From the NCBI GenBank assembly GCA_965220965.1, contig OZ244852.1, forward strand, positions 224,001 through 288,000: a stretch of DNA of 64,000 nt, written 5' to 3'. Position 1 is the stretch's first letter; each line of letters starts with the position of its first letter. The position numbers were made by a program, and so were the translations under genes. Shown in pieces: positions 19,848 to 28,525 of this stretch. This DNA comes from Candidatus Marinacidobacterium sp. (GTDB taxonomy: Bacteria; Acidobacteriota; Vicinamibacteria; Marinacidobacterales; Marinacidobacteraceae). The notes beneath the pieces were generated by a model. That model was not told where the DNA came from. It made no database searches and was given only the letters and a program-made list of their open reading frames with translations.

Positions 19848-20590
19848 CGGAACAGGTCCTCCGCCTCGGGGCGGACGAGCGAGGCGCCGGTCCCCGCCTG
19901 ACCCGGGAGTTCGGGTTCGAGCCCCCGCACGATCGCCGCCGGCGCCCGCCGAAGCTTGCCCATTACCAGGCCGGCGGCGGCGGCGACCTGGTCCGCGAGC
20001 GCGACCTCCGTGCTGCGGAGCTCCCGCCCCGACGGATCCCGTATCCCCCGGTAGTCCAGAAGCGCCGCCATCCCGAAGACCCCGAGCGCGACCTCGACCG
20101 CGCCCCGCCGGAAAGGGCGGCCGAACGTGTCCGTGATCACGACCGCCGGCCGCGTCCCCGCCAGCCGGCCGAGTTCCCCGGCGAGTTCCCGGGCGTCCGC
20201 GTCCGGATCCTCGGGAAGCAGCGTGAAGGTTCCGGGCGGGGCGTTCGACCGGTCCACGCCGGCGTTGGCGCACACGAACCCGTGGTGGGTCCGGGAGATC
20301 AGGATGCCCCGGTCCGCCCGCACGACCCGCTGCGTCTCGGCGAGGACCGCCTGGACTTCCCGGGGGTCCCGCTCGCTCGCGCTCGCCCAGGCGGCGACGG
20401 CGCGCGTCGGTTGCAGCTTCGTCCGCTCGACCAGGCGTCCGTTCGCCTTGGAGACGACCTTCTGGCACACGACGACGATGTCTCCCGAACGGATCCCGAC
20501 TCCGGATCGGGCGGCCGCCCCGAAGAGCAGCCCGGCGAGCCCGTCGCCGGGGAGGACTTCGGGGACCCCTTCGAGGCCGAGGATCTGCAA
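19844..20590 (-). CDS. cofE: Coenzyme F420-0:L-glutamate ligase
   Basis: QKVVSKANGR, CANAGVDRSN, LLPEDPDADA, DTFGRPFRRG, AGLVMGK. Confidence 0.9.
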   Translation of the reverse strand: MQILGLEGVPEVLPGDGLAGLLFGAAARSGVGIRSGDIVVVCQKVVSKANGRLVERTKLQPTRAVAAWASASERDPREVQAVLAETQRVVRADRGILISRTHHGFVCANAGVDRSNAPPGTFTLLPEDPDADARELAGELGRLAGTRPAVVITDTFGRPFRRGAVEVALGVFGMAALLDYRGIRDPSGRELRSTEVALADQVAAAAGLVMGKLRRAPAAIVRGLEPELPGQAGTGASLVRPEAEDLFR

Positions 20591-20614
20591 GGCCGGCGCG
20601 AAGTCAGCGCGCGC

Positions 20615-21490
20615 TCAGGGAGCGCGAACCACGTCGAAGTCGAGAAAGTCGTAGTGCACGCGCCGCCGGATCCGGCGGAAAAAATACACCCGGGCGTCCA
20701 CCGTCAGCGTGACTCGCTGCGGAAGCCACATGCGGCCGTCGAAGTCGCTCTCCACGTCGGCGCGGGTCCCCTTGTGGAGGCGGCCGAAGAGGCCGGCGAA
20801 GAAGTTCTGGCTCTGGACCAGCTCGGCGCGGACCCGGGCCACCTGGAGGCTCTCCGGATCGACCCAGAGCTCGCCCTGGCACTTCGAGACCGCGGAGAGC
20901 ATCCGGTTCGGGGCGTCGTCGAATCCCGGGCGGGGGCGGAACCGGATGACCTGCATCGGACGACCGCGCCAGGGCGCGCCCTGGTAGAGCCCGCCCTCGA
21001 ACATGTCGAGCTCGACGGCCTTTTCGACGATCTGGTAGAAGAGATCCATCCCGTTTCGCGGCGCCGGCTCGTGGTCGGCGTCGTTCCGTTCGAGCGCTTC
21101 GCGGTCCCGCTCGACCTGTTCGTGCGCCGCCTCGATCGCTTCCCGGAAGCGGCGGTCCTCCCGCTGGAGGCGGCGTCCCGAGATCGGTTCGCCGTCGAGT
21201 TCGCGCAGCTTCCACAGATGGAACCCGGCGATCGGCTCGTAGGTGTAGAGCGCGGTGGCGACGGCGGTGACCTCGTGCTCGGCGTCGAGCGTCTCGGTCG
21301 TGATGAGCTGCTGGTAGCGGAGGCGGCTCTCCAGCGGCCGGACCCGGCTTCGGCTCTCGAGCACGTCGGTGAGCAGTTCGATCGCCGCCCCGGCGTCGCC
21401 GAGGCGCTCGCCCGGGCGCTGCGGCGCGGCGGGCCGCGGAACCAGGACGGCGACCGCCGCCGCCGATCCCAGGAGGATCGCGCGGAACAT
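20615..21490 (-). CDS. Exported hypothetical protein (LolA/MucB-like beta-rich fold possible)
   Basis: Signal peptide; FRPRPG...GELWVDPE...RVRAEL, WLP motifs. Confidence 0.6.
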   Translation of the reverse strand: MFRAILLGSAAAVAVLVPRPAAPQRPGERLGDAGAAIELLTDVLESRSRVRPLESRLRYQQLITTETLDAEHEVTAVATALYTYEPIAGFHLWKLRELDGEPISGRRLQREDRRFREAIEAAHEQVERDREALERNDADHEPAPRNGMDLFYQIVEKAVELDMFEGGLYQGAPWRGRPMQVIRFRPRPGFDDAPNRMLSAVSKCQGELWVDPESLQVARVRAELVQSQNFFAGLFGRLHKGTRADVESDFDGRMWLPQRVTLTVDARVYFFRRIRRRVHYDFLDFDVVRAP

Positions 21491-21498
21491 CGGCGCTA

Positions 21499-21716
21499 GC
21501 AGTCCGTTGACAAAGTCGCGTGCAGCGCCGAGAGCGGTGAGGCGCCCGGCCGACAAGGCGCGTGAGCGAGGAATATCGGGAATATTCCGAGTGAAACGCA
21601 ACGATGAGCGCCCCAAAGGGGCGCGGTTCGGGCGGGGCCAGTCCTCCCGGTGGGGGCCATCGCCGCTCGAGCCCCTACCGGGAGAACCGGGCCGCGGGAC
21701 TTTGTCAACGGGCTGT
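21499..21716. mobile_element. MITE copy 1 (218 bp), IS5-like ends, TA duplication in CTAG
   Basis: Terminal inverted repeats cagtccgttgacaaagtc / gactttgtcaacgggctg; flanked by TA; second copy at 30050-30246. Confidence 0.85.
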
Positions 21717-21720
21717 TAGG

Positions 21721-23466
21721 CTACTGCGGGTCGGGAGCGGGCCGCAGAACCCGAAGGAGCAGCACTCCCGAAGCCGCGGCGGCCGCGGCCCACGCCAGGA
21801 TCTCGGTTCCGGGCGCGCCGAACAGCACGGATCCGGCCCCGAACAGCAGGGCGTAGGTCAGCACGCAGGCGAGCGGCCAGGCGAGGAAGGCCCTTCCGGC
21901 GCGCGGCGCCTCCTGACCGAGGCGCCGGTAGACCGCCCGCCAGCCGAACCCCGGCGGCCGCGTTTCGGTGACGAAGGCGTCGAGCCGGGCGGTTGGCTCG
22001 GGGGACGTCAGGAGCGTCGTCCCCAGCCAGATCGCGGTCGTCGCGGCGAGGCCGAGGACGAGACCGGAGAGCGAACCCGGCGCGATCCCCAGCCAGGGCA
22101 GCGCCGCCGCCACCGCGAGCGACCCGGCCATCGCGGCCACCTCGCTCCAGGCGTTGATCCGCCACCAGAGCCAGCGGGCGATGAAGAGCGGACCGGTGCC
22201 GGCGCCGATCTGGAGCAGCAGTCCGAAGCCGCCCCGCGCGGTGTCGAGCGCGAGCGTCAGGAGACCCGCCGCGGCCATGAGCGCCACGGTGGCGACCCGC
22301 GCCACCGCGACCGCCTCGCGGGATCCGGCCTGCGGGCGGAAGAAACGCCGGTAGACATCCTCGACCACGTAGGAAGCGCCCCAGTTCAGGTGGGTGTCCA
22401 CCGTGGACATGTAGGCCCCGGCGAGCGACGCCGCCGCGAGGCCGAGGAGCCCCGACGGCAGCAGGCGCAGCATGAGCGGATAGGCGAGGTCGTCTCCCAC
22501 CAGTTCCGGATCCAGCCCGGGAAGCGCCTCCCGGAGCGCGGCGAGGTCGGGGTAGACCGCGAGCGACGCCAGGGCCACCAGGATCCAGGGCCACGGGCGG
22601 AGAGAGTAGTGGGCGAGGTTGAACAGCAGCGCCCCGCGCAGGGCGTCGGTCTCGGTGCGCGCGGCGAGCATGCGCTGCGCGATGTATCCGCCGCCCCCGG
22701 GTTCGGCGCCGGGATACCAGACCGTCCACCACTGGATCGCCACCGGGACCAGGAAGAGCAGCCAGAACGCCTCGGAGCCGGTTGGGGGGACGAGCGCCAG
22801 ACGGTCGCCGAAGGTCTCGGCGATCCCCGAGAGGCCGCCGACCGCCGGATGGTCGAGGGCCCAGATCGCGGCGACCAGCGCTCCCGCCATCGAGATCACG
22901 AACTGGAACAGGTCGGTCACCACGACGCCCCAGAACCCGGCCGCCACCGCGTAGGTCGCGGCGAGCGCGCCGGCGATGAGGACCGCGGAGCCCTTGTCGA
23001 GACCGAACAGGACGCCGCCGATCTTGGCCCCCGCGAGCGTCACGGTGGCGATGACCACGCAGTTGAAGAAGACCCCCAGGTAGAGAGCGCGGAAGCCCCG
23101 GAGAAACGCCGCCGGGCGTCCGGCGTAGCGCATCTCGTAGAAGCCCAGATCGGTGGCGAGCCCGCTCCGCCGCCACAGCGGGGCGAACACGAACACGGTG
23201 AGCATCCCGGTGATGCAGAACGCCCACCACGTCCAGTTCGCGGCGACGCCGTTCTGCCGGACGAGCTCGGCGACCAGGTTCGGCGTGTCCGTCGAGAAGG
23301 TGGTGGCGACCATCGAGGTCCCGAGGACCCACCACGGCAGGCTGCGGCCGGCGAGGAAGAAGGAGCCGGTGTCGGCGCCGGCCCGGCGGGCCGCGAACAG
23401 ACCGATCCCCAGCGCGACGGTTCCGTAGAGCAGGAAGACGGCCCAGTCGAGCCCGGTGAACGCCAC
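21721..23466 (-). CDS. Sodium:solute symporter family protein
   Basis: FFLAGRSLPWW, SMVATTFSTDTP, YIAQRMLAA, MSTVDTHLNWG. Confidence 0.9.
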   Translation of the reverse strand: MAFTGLDWAVFLLYGTVALGIGLFAARRAGADTGSFFLAGRSLPWWVLGTSMVATTFSTDTPNLVAELVRQNGVAANWTWWAFCITGMLTVFVFAPLWRRSGLATDLGFYEMRYAGRPAAFLRGFRALYLGVFFNCVVIATVTLAGAKIGGVLFGLDKGSAVLIAGALAATYAVAAGFWGVVVTDLFQFVISMAGALVAAIWALDHPAVGGLSGIAETFGDRLALVPPTGSEAFWLLFLVPVAIQWWTVWYPGAEPGGGGYIAQRMLAARTETDALRGALLFNLAHYSLRPWPWILVALASLAVYPDLAALREALPGLDPELVGDDLAYPLMLRLLPSGLLGLAAASLAGAYMSTVDTHLNWGASYVVEDVYRRFFRPQAGSREAVAVARVATVALMAAAGLLTLALDTARGGFGLLLQIGAGTGPLFIARWLWWRINAWSEVAAMAGSLAVAAALPWLGIAPGSLSGLVLGLAATTAIWLGTTLLTSPEPTARLDAFVTETRPPGFGWRAVYRRLGQEAPRAGRAFLAWPLACVLTYALLFGAGSVLFGAPGTEILAWAAAAAASGVLLLRVLRPAPDPQ

Positions 23467-23508
23467 CCCGAAACGGTACCGGAACGGTCCTCCGACCGGC
23501 CGACCGGA

Positions 23509-24621
23509 TCAGCGCCGTCGGCGGCGGAGCGAGTCGCGGTCCACGAGGCGGACCGAGGCGGTGAACTCCTCGTCGTCCCGCCAGACCGTCAGGCGGACCT
23601 CGTCACCGACCCGGTAGCTCGTCTCGAGGAGCAGGTTCAGATCGCGTTCGCGCTCGACCGGCTGGCCGTCGACCGCGAGGAGGTAGTCGCCGCCGTAGCG
23701 GATCCGGAGGTTGCCGAGGCGGCCGAGGCGAGCGGCGCCGCGCAGGCCGGCGCGGTCGGCGGGGCCGCCGCGCGCCACCGCCCGGACCATGAGGCCTCCC
23801 TGCCGCGGCGCGGCGATCCCGGCCCGGCGGAACGCCCGCGCCACGCTCGCCGGGATCTCCTGGACCGAGACCGCGAGATGCGGGTGGGGGTAACGCCCGC
23901 TGCGGATGAGCTCGGGGACGACACGGGTCACGGTCGACGCCGGGATCGCATAGCCGATCCCGGCCGAGGTTCCGCTCGGACTCACGATGGCGGTGTTCAC
24001 GCCGATGACCCGACCGTCGAGGTCGAGCAGGGGGCCCCCGGAGTTCCCGACGTTGATGGCGGCGTCGGTCTGGATGATCTCCCCGATGAAGCCCTGGTCC
24101 GGGCTTTCCATGACGCGCCCCAGCCCGCTCACCACCCCGGTCGTCAGGGTCTGGTCGAGGCCGAAGGGGTGTCCGATCGCGACCACGAAGCGGCCCACCT
24201 CAAGTGCGTCGGAATCGCCGAGGGTCAGCGGATCGGGCCGGTTGCCGCTCGCCTCGACCCGGATCACCGCGAGGTCGTTCGTGGGGTCGGCCCCGACCAG
24301 CCGGGCCTCCGCCACCTCGCCGTCGGCGAAGGTCACCTGAAGCTGGTCGGCGCCTTCGACCACATGGAAGTTGGTGACGATGTGGCCGTCTTCGTCGTAC
24401 CAGAACCCCGACCCCGTCCCCTCGCGGGTCACCGGACCCCGGAGCCACTCGTAGCTCTGGACGGCGGCGGTGATGTTCACCACCGCCGGGCTGGCTTCCC
24501 GGTAGACCGCGCCCACCCGTCGCTCGAGCTCAATCTGGCCGGTTGCGGCGGGAAGGACCGGGGGGAGCGCCAGCCCGAGGAGGGCGGCGCCGGTGAAGGC
24601 GAGAAGGCGTCGGGTCGTCAT
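23509..24621 (-). CDS. HtrA/DegP-like serine protease with PDZ domain
   Basis: GSGF, TNFHVV, DLAV, IQTDAAINVGNSGGPL. Confidence 0.9.
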   Translation of the reverse strand: MTTRRLLAFTGAALLGLALPPVLPAATGQIELERRVGAVYREASPAVVNITAAVQSYEWLRGPVTREGTGSGFWYDEDGHIVTNFHVVEGADQLQVTFADGEVAEARLVGADPTNDLAVIRVEASGNRPDPLTLGDSDALEVGRFVVAIGHPFGLDQTLTTGVVSGLGRVMESPDQGFIGEIIQTDAAINVGNSGGPLLDLDGRVIGVNTAIVSPSGTSAGIGYAIPASTVTRVVPELIRSGRYPHPHLAVSVQEIPASVARAFRRAGIAAPRQGGLMVRAVARGGPADRAGLRGAARLGRLGNLRIRYGGDYLLAVDGQPVERERDLNLLLETSYRVGDEVRLTVWRDDEEFTASVRLVDRDSLRRRRR

Positions 24622-24678
24622 ACGGCGAGGCGTTGCGAGTGCAAGGGACCGGCCACCGGGAATTTTGCTACGATTCCA

Positions 24679-25725
24679 ATGATGAAAACCGTTTTCACAA
24701 CCGTTTCCAGCGAGGCCGGGCGTCGTGGGCTGCTCGTCGGCGCCGGCCTCCTCCTCGGAGCGCTCTTCGCCGGCGCGTGTGGAGGTCCCGCGGCGCCGGA
24801 GTCCATCGTCGTCTATTGCGGGCGCGGCGAGAGCCTCGTCGGTCCGGTGGTGGCGGCGTTTCAGGAGGAAACCGGGATCCAGGTGGACATCCGCTATGGC
24901 GGCACCGCGGATCTGGCCGCCCAGATCCTCGAGGAGGGCGACCAGAGCCCCGCTGATGTGTATTACGGTCAGGACGCCGGGGCGCTCGGGCAACTGGCTC
25001 TGGAGGGAAGGCTGGCGCCGCTCCCGGCGGCGGTCCTCGACCGGGTCCCCGCCGGATTCCGGGATCCGGGCGGACGCTGGGTGGGGACCACCGGCCGGGC
25101 GCGGGTCTTCGTCTACAACACCGAGGCGCTCGCGCCGGAAGACGTGCCGGAGACGATCTGGGGGTTCACCGACCCGAAGTGGAGGGGCCGGATCGGCTGG
25201 GCGCCGACGAACGGCTCCTTCCAGGCGTTCGTGACCGCGCTGCGGGTCCTCGAGGGTGAGGACCGGGCCCGCGAGTGGCTCACGTCGGTGCTGGCGAACG
25301 AACCGGTCGCCTACTCCGGGAACACCGCGATCTACCGCGCGGTCGCCGACGGCGAGGTCGAACTCGCGCTGTCGAACCACTACTACCTCAACCGGTTCCT
25401 CGCCCAGGAAGGACCCGGTTTCACCGCGCGCAGCGTGAGTCCCGCCGGAGGCGGCGCGGGGGGGCTGATCAACATCTCCGGAGGCGGCGTGGTCGACACC
25501 GCAAGCAACCCCGAAGGCGCACAGCGGTTCCTGGAGTACCTGCTGACGGCCGCGATCCAGGAGCGCTTCGCCCGCGAGACCTTCGAGTATCCGCTCGTTC
25601 CCGGGATCGCGACCGACCCGTCGGTCACCCCGATGTCGGAGGTGTCTCCGCCCGAGCTGGATCTCGGAGATCTCGAGGACCTGCGGGGCACGCTGGACCT
25701 GCTGCGGGACGTCGGGGCTCTCTGA
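24679..25725 (+). CDS. Fe3+ ABC transporter substrate-binding lipoprotein (FutA/AfuA-like)
   Basis: FAGAC lipobox; EEGDQSPADV, GWAPTNGSFQ, NHYY, FEYP. Confidence 0.9.
   Translation: MMKTVFTTVSSEAGRRGLLVGAGLLLGALFAGACGGPAAPESIVVYCGRGESLVGPVVAAFQEETGIQVDIRYGGTADLAAQILEEGDQSPADVYYGQDAGALGQLALEGRLAPLPAAVLDRVPAGFRDPGGRWVGTTGRARVFVYNTEALAPEDVPETIWGFTDPKWRGRIGWAPTNGSFQAFVTALRVLEGEDRAREWLTSVLANEPVAYSGNTAIYRAVADGEVELALSNHYYLNRFLAQEGPGFTARSVSPAGGGAGGLINISGGGVVDTASNPEGAQRFLEYLLTAAIQERFARETFEYPLVPGIATDPSVTPMSEVSPPELDLGDLEDLRGTLDLLRDVGAL
24683..24697. promoter_or_regulatory. Fur-box-like 7-1-7 inverted repeat downstream of an extended -10 (TGcTACGAT, 24666-24674)
   Basis: TGAAAAC-C-GTTTTCA perfect inverted repeat at the start of an iron ABC operon. 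Confidence 0.7.
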
Positions 25726-25791
25726 CCCGCGCCCTCGGCGCACCGGACTGACCGCTCCCGGCGCGGATCCGCTTCACCGGAATCCGAGGGC

Positions 25792-27381
25792 GTGATCCAG
25801 GACTCCGGGCCCACCCCGTCCCGGCTCCTGCGCGGCGCCGGCTTCGTGGTCGGCGCCGCGTGCGTGCTGCCGTTCGTCTACCTGGCGGCGCGGGCGCTGG
25901 CGAGCGGGGGTCTGGCCGAAGTCCTGCTGCGGGAGCGAAGCCTCGGGGTGGCGGGCCGGACGCTCGCGCTCACCGCGGCCGTCACCGCCGGGTCGGTGGG
26001 GCTCGGCCTGCCGCTCGCCTGGCTGACGACGCGGTCCGATCTGCCGGGAAGGCGGGCCTTCGGGCTGCTGCTCGCGCTTCCGCTGGCGGTTCCGTCCTAC
26101 GTGGCGGCCTTCGCGGTGGCGACGGCGCTCGGTCCCCGCGGGCTGCTTCAGCAGGTCCTCGAGCCGTGGACCGGATGGGAACGCCTCCCTCCGATCTACG
26201 GCTTCCCGGGGGCCTTCCTGGTCCTCGTCCTGCTGAACTACCCCTACGTCTACCTGGCCGCCCGCGCCCGGTTCGCGGTGATGGACGGCTCGCTCTCCGA
26301 GGCGGCGCGGATGCTGGGGGCCGGGCCGCTCCGGCGCCTCCTGCGCGTCACCCTCCCGCTGGTCGGCGGGGCGGTGCTGGGGGGCGGTCTGCTGGCGGCG
26401 CTCTATACCCTCAGCGACTTCGGCGCGGTGTCGCTGCTCCGCTACGAGACCTTCACCTGGGCCATCTACAACCAGTTGCGGGGATCGCTGGACCGCCACA
26501 CCGCCGCCGGGCTCGCGCTCCTGCTGGTGTTCGCCACCCTGATGGTGCTCGCCGCGGCGCGCTGGTTCGAGGTCCGCACCGGACCTCCGCCGGCGTCTGG
26601 CGCGGTCCGGAGCCGGCCTCCACGGCGGACGCCGCTCGGAAGGTGGCGGTGGCCGGCCCTCGGCCTCTGCGTCGCCGTCCTCGCCCCCGCGCTCATCCTC
26701 CCGGTGGGAGTCTCGCTCTACTGGCTGCTCCAGGCCCCGTCCGGGGCGTCGCTCGGGCTCGGATCGGCGGCGCTCCGGACGAGTCTCGCCGCCAGCCTCG
26801 CCGCTCTCGTGACCGCCGCCGCGGCGATCCCGATCGTCTTTCTGGTCGTGCGGTTCCCCTCCCGGCTCCATACGCTTCTGCGCGCGGCGTCGCACATCGG
26901 GTTCGGGCTTCCCGGGCTGGTCGTCGGGCTTTCGCTGGTGTTCTTCTCGGTGAGCCTCGTTCCGGTTCTCTACCAGACGATGGCGCTGCTGGTGTTCGCC
27001 TACATGGTCCACTCGCTGCCGCAGGCGGTCGCTCCCCTCGAGGCCACCCTGGCGTCCCTGAGTCCGCGGTTCGATGACGCGGCGCGGACGCTCGGAGCCC
27101 GGTGGCTGCGCCGGCACGGGCGGATCACCGCTCCGCTGCTGGGGCCCGGTCTGGCCTCGGCGCTGGCGCTCGTGTTCCTGACGACGGTGAAGGAGCTCCC
27201 GGCCACCCTGATGCTCGCGCCCACCGGATTCCGCACCCTGGCCACCACGGTGTGGAGCGCGGCGGAGAACGTGGAAATGGGTCGGGCGGGGGCGGCGTCG
27301 CTCCTGCTCCTGCTGGTCTCGGCGCTGGCGCTGGCCTTCGTCCTGCGGCCGAACCGCCCGCTTCGGCCGGCGGTGCGCTGA
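25792..27381 (+). CDS. Fe3+ ABC transporter permease
   Basis: Two EAA-type loops (EAARMLG, DAARTLG); LSDFG, KELPATL. Confidence 0.9.
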   Translation: MIQDSGPTPSRLLRGAGFVVGAACVLPFVYLAARALASGGLAEVLLRERSLGVAGRTLALTAAVTAGSVGLGLPLAWLTTRSDLPGRRAFGLLLALPLAVPSYVAAFAVATALGPRGLLQQVLEPWTGWERLPPIYGFPGAFLVLVLLNYPYVYLAARARFAVMDGSLSEAARMLGAGPLRRLLRVTLPLVGGAVLGGGLLAALYTLSDFGAVSLLRYETFTWAIYNQLRGSLDRHTAAGLALLLVFATLMVLAAARWFEVRTGPPPASGAVRSRPPRRTPLGRWRWPALGLCVAVLAPALILPVGVSLYWLLQAPSGASLGLGSAALRTSLAASLAALVTAAAAIPIVFLVVRFPSRLHTLLRAASHIGFGLPGLVVGLSLVFFSVSLVPVLYQTMALLVFAYMVHSLPQAVAPLEATLASLSPRFDDAARTLGARWLRRHGRITAPLLGPGLASALALVFLTTVKELPATLMLAPTGFRTLATTVWSAAENVEMGRAGAASLLLLLVSALALAFVLRPNRPLRPAVR

Positions 27382-27395
27382 GCGGGGACGGACCG

Positions 27396-28478
27396 ATGGC
27401 CCTTGCCCTCGAATGCCGGGGGATACGCAAGCGTTTCGCCCCGGAGCGCGGCGTGCTCGACGGCGTGGACCTCCAGGTCGAAGCGGGAACGGTCGCTGCG
27501 ATCCTGGGTCCGAGCGGGGGCGGGAAGACGACGCTGCTCCGGATCGTCGCCGGCCTCGAGGGTCCCGAGGCCGGGGAAGTGGACCTGCTGGGCCGCCCGG
27601 TCGTGGGGAACGGGGTCTTCGTCCCGCCCGAGACCCGCCGGGTGGGATTCGTCTTCCAGGACTATGCGCTCTTTCCCCACATGAGCGTGTTCCAGAACGT
27701 GGCCTTCGGAGCGCCCGGTCCCGCGGGGGTCACCCGGGCGTGGGGCGCGCTCCAGCTCGTGGGACTCTCGGAGGCGGCGGAGCGGCGACCCCACGAACTC
27801 TCCGGCGGGGAGCAGCAGCGGGTCGCGCTGGCCCGCGCGCTGGCGCCGGAGCCGGGGCTGATCCTGCTGGACGAGCCATTCTCGAACCTGGACGCGGCGC
27901 TGCGCGCCGGAGTCCGGGAGGAAGTCGCCGCGCTCCTGCGCCGCCTCGGGACGACCGCCGTCCTGGTGACCCATGACCGCGAGGAGGCGTTCGCGCTGGC
28001 GGACCACGTTTCGCTGCTGCTCGACGGCCGCGTCGTCCGCACCGGAACGCCGGAGGCGCTCGCGCGCAACCCGGGCAGCCGGGAGGCGGCGCGGTTCCTG
28101 GGAGAGACCAACCTGCTGCCGGGCCACAGCGACGGAGACTCGGCCGAGTGCGAGATCGGGCGGGTCGAACTCCTCCCCTCCGCCTCGGGCGGTCCCCCGC
28201 CGCGCGGCCCGGTGGATGTGCTGTTGCCGGTCGACGGCATCCTGGTCGAGCCGTTCGCGGAGGAGGGGAGCGCCCCCGGGACGGCGGTGCTCCTCCGGGC
28301 GGCGTTCCAGGGGGCGTTCCAGCGGCTGGAGGCCCGGCTGCCAACGGGAAGGACGATCTCCGTGCGCTCCCCCGCCCGGGAAATGTGGCGGGGGCTTCTC
28401 CGTCCCGGGCAACGGGTCCGGCTCCGCCCGGCGGGGCCGGTTCCGGTGTTCGCGCGGGCCCCCGGTCACCCCGGATAG
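27396..28478 (+). CDS. Fe3+ ABC transporter ATP-binding protein
   Basis: GPSGGGKT, FQDYALFPH, LSGGEQQR, LLDEPFSNLD. Confidence 0.9.
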   Translation: MALALECRGIRKRFAPERGVLDGVDLQVEAGTVAAILGPSGGGKTTLLRIVAGLEGPEAGEVDLLGRPVVGNGVFVPPETRRVGFVFQDYALFPHMSVFQNVAFGAPGPAGVTRAWGALQLVGLSEAAERRPHELSGGEQQRVALARALAPEPGLILLDEPFSNLDAALRAGVREEVAALLRRLGTTAVLVTHDREEAFALADHVSLLLDGRVVRTGTPEALARNPGSREAARFLGETNLLPGHSDGDSAECEIGRVELLPSASGGPPPRGPVDVLLPVDGILVEPFAEEGSAPGTAVLLRAAFQGAFQRLEARLPTGRTISVRSPAREMWRGLLRPGQRVRLRPAGPVPVFARAPGHPG

Positions 28479-28525
28479 CCGATGCGCCGCCGTCATCCGG
28501 CGCCGCCGTAGAATCCGCCGCGCCC

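Noticed and set aside
21496-21708. Small ORFs inside the MITEs (also 30047-30238)
   Set aside because: No transposase motifs; incidental frames in a repeated non-coding element.
21604-25725. 1373-aa ORF
   Set aside because: Antisense shadow of the symporter and HtrA-like genes; the real gene starts at about 24679.
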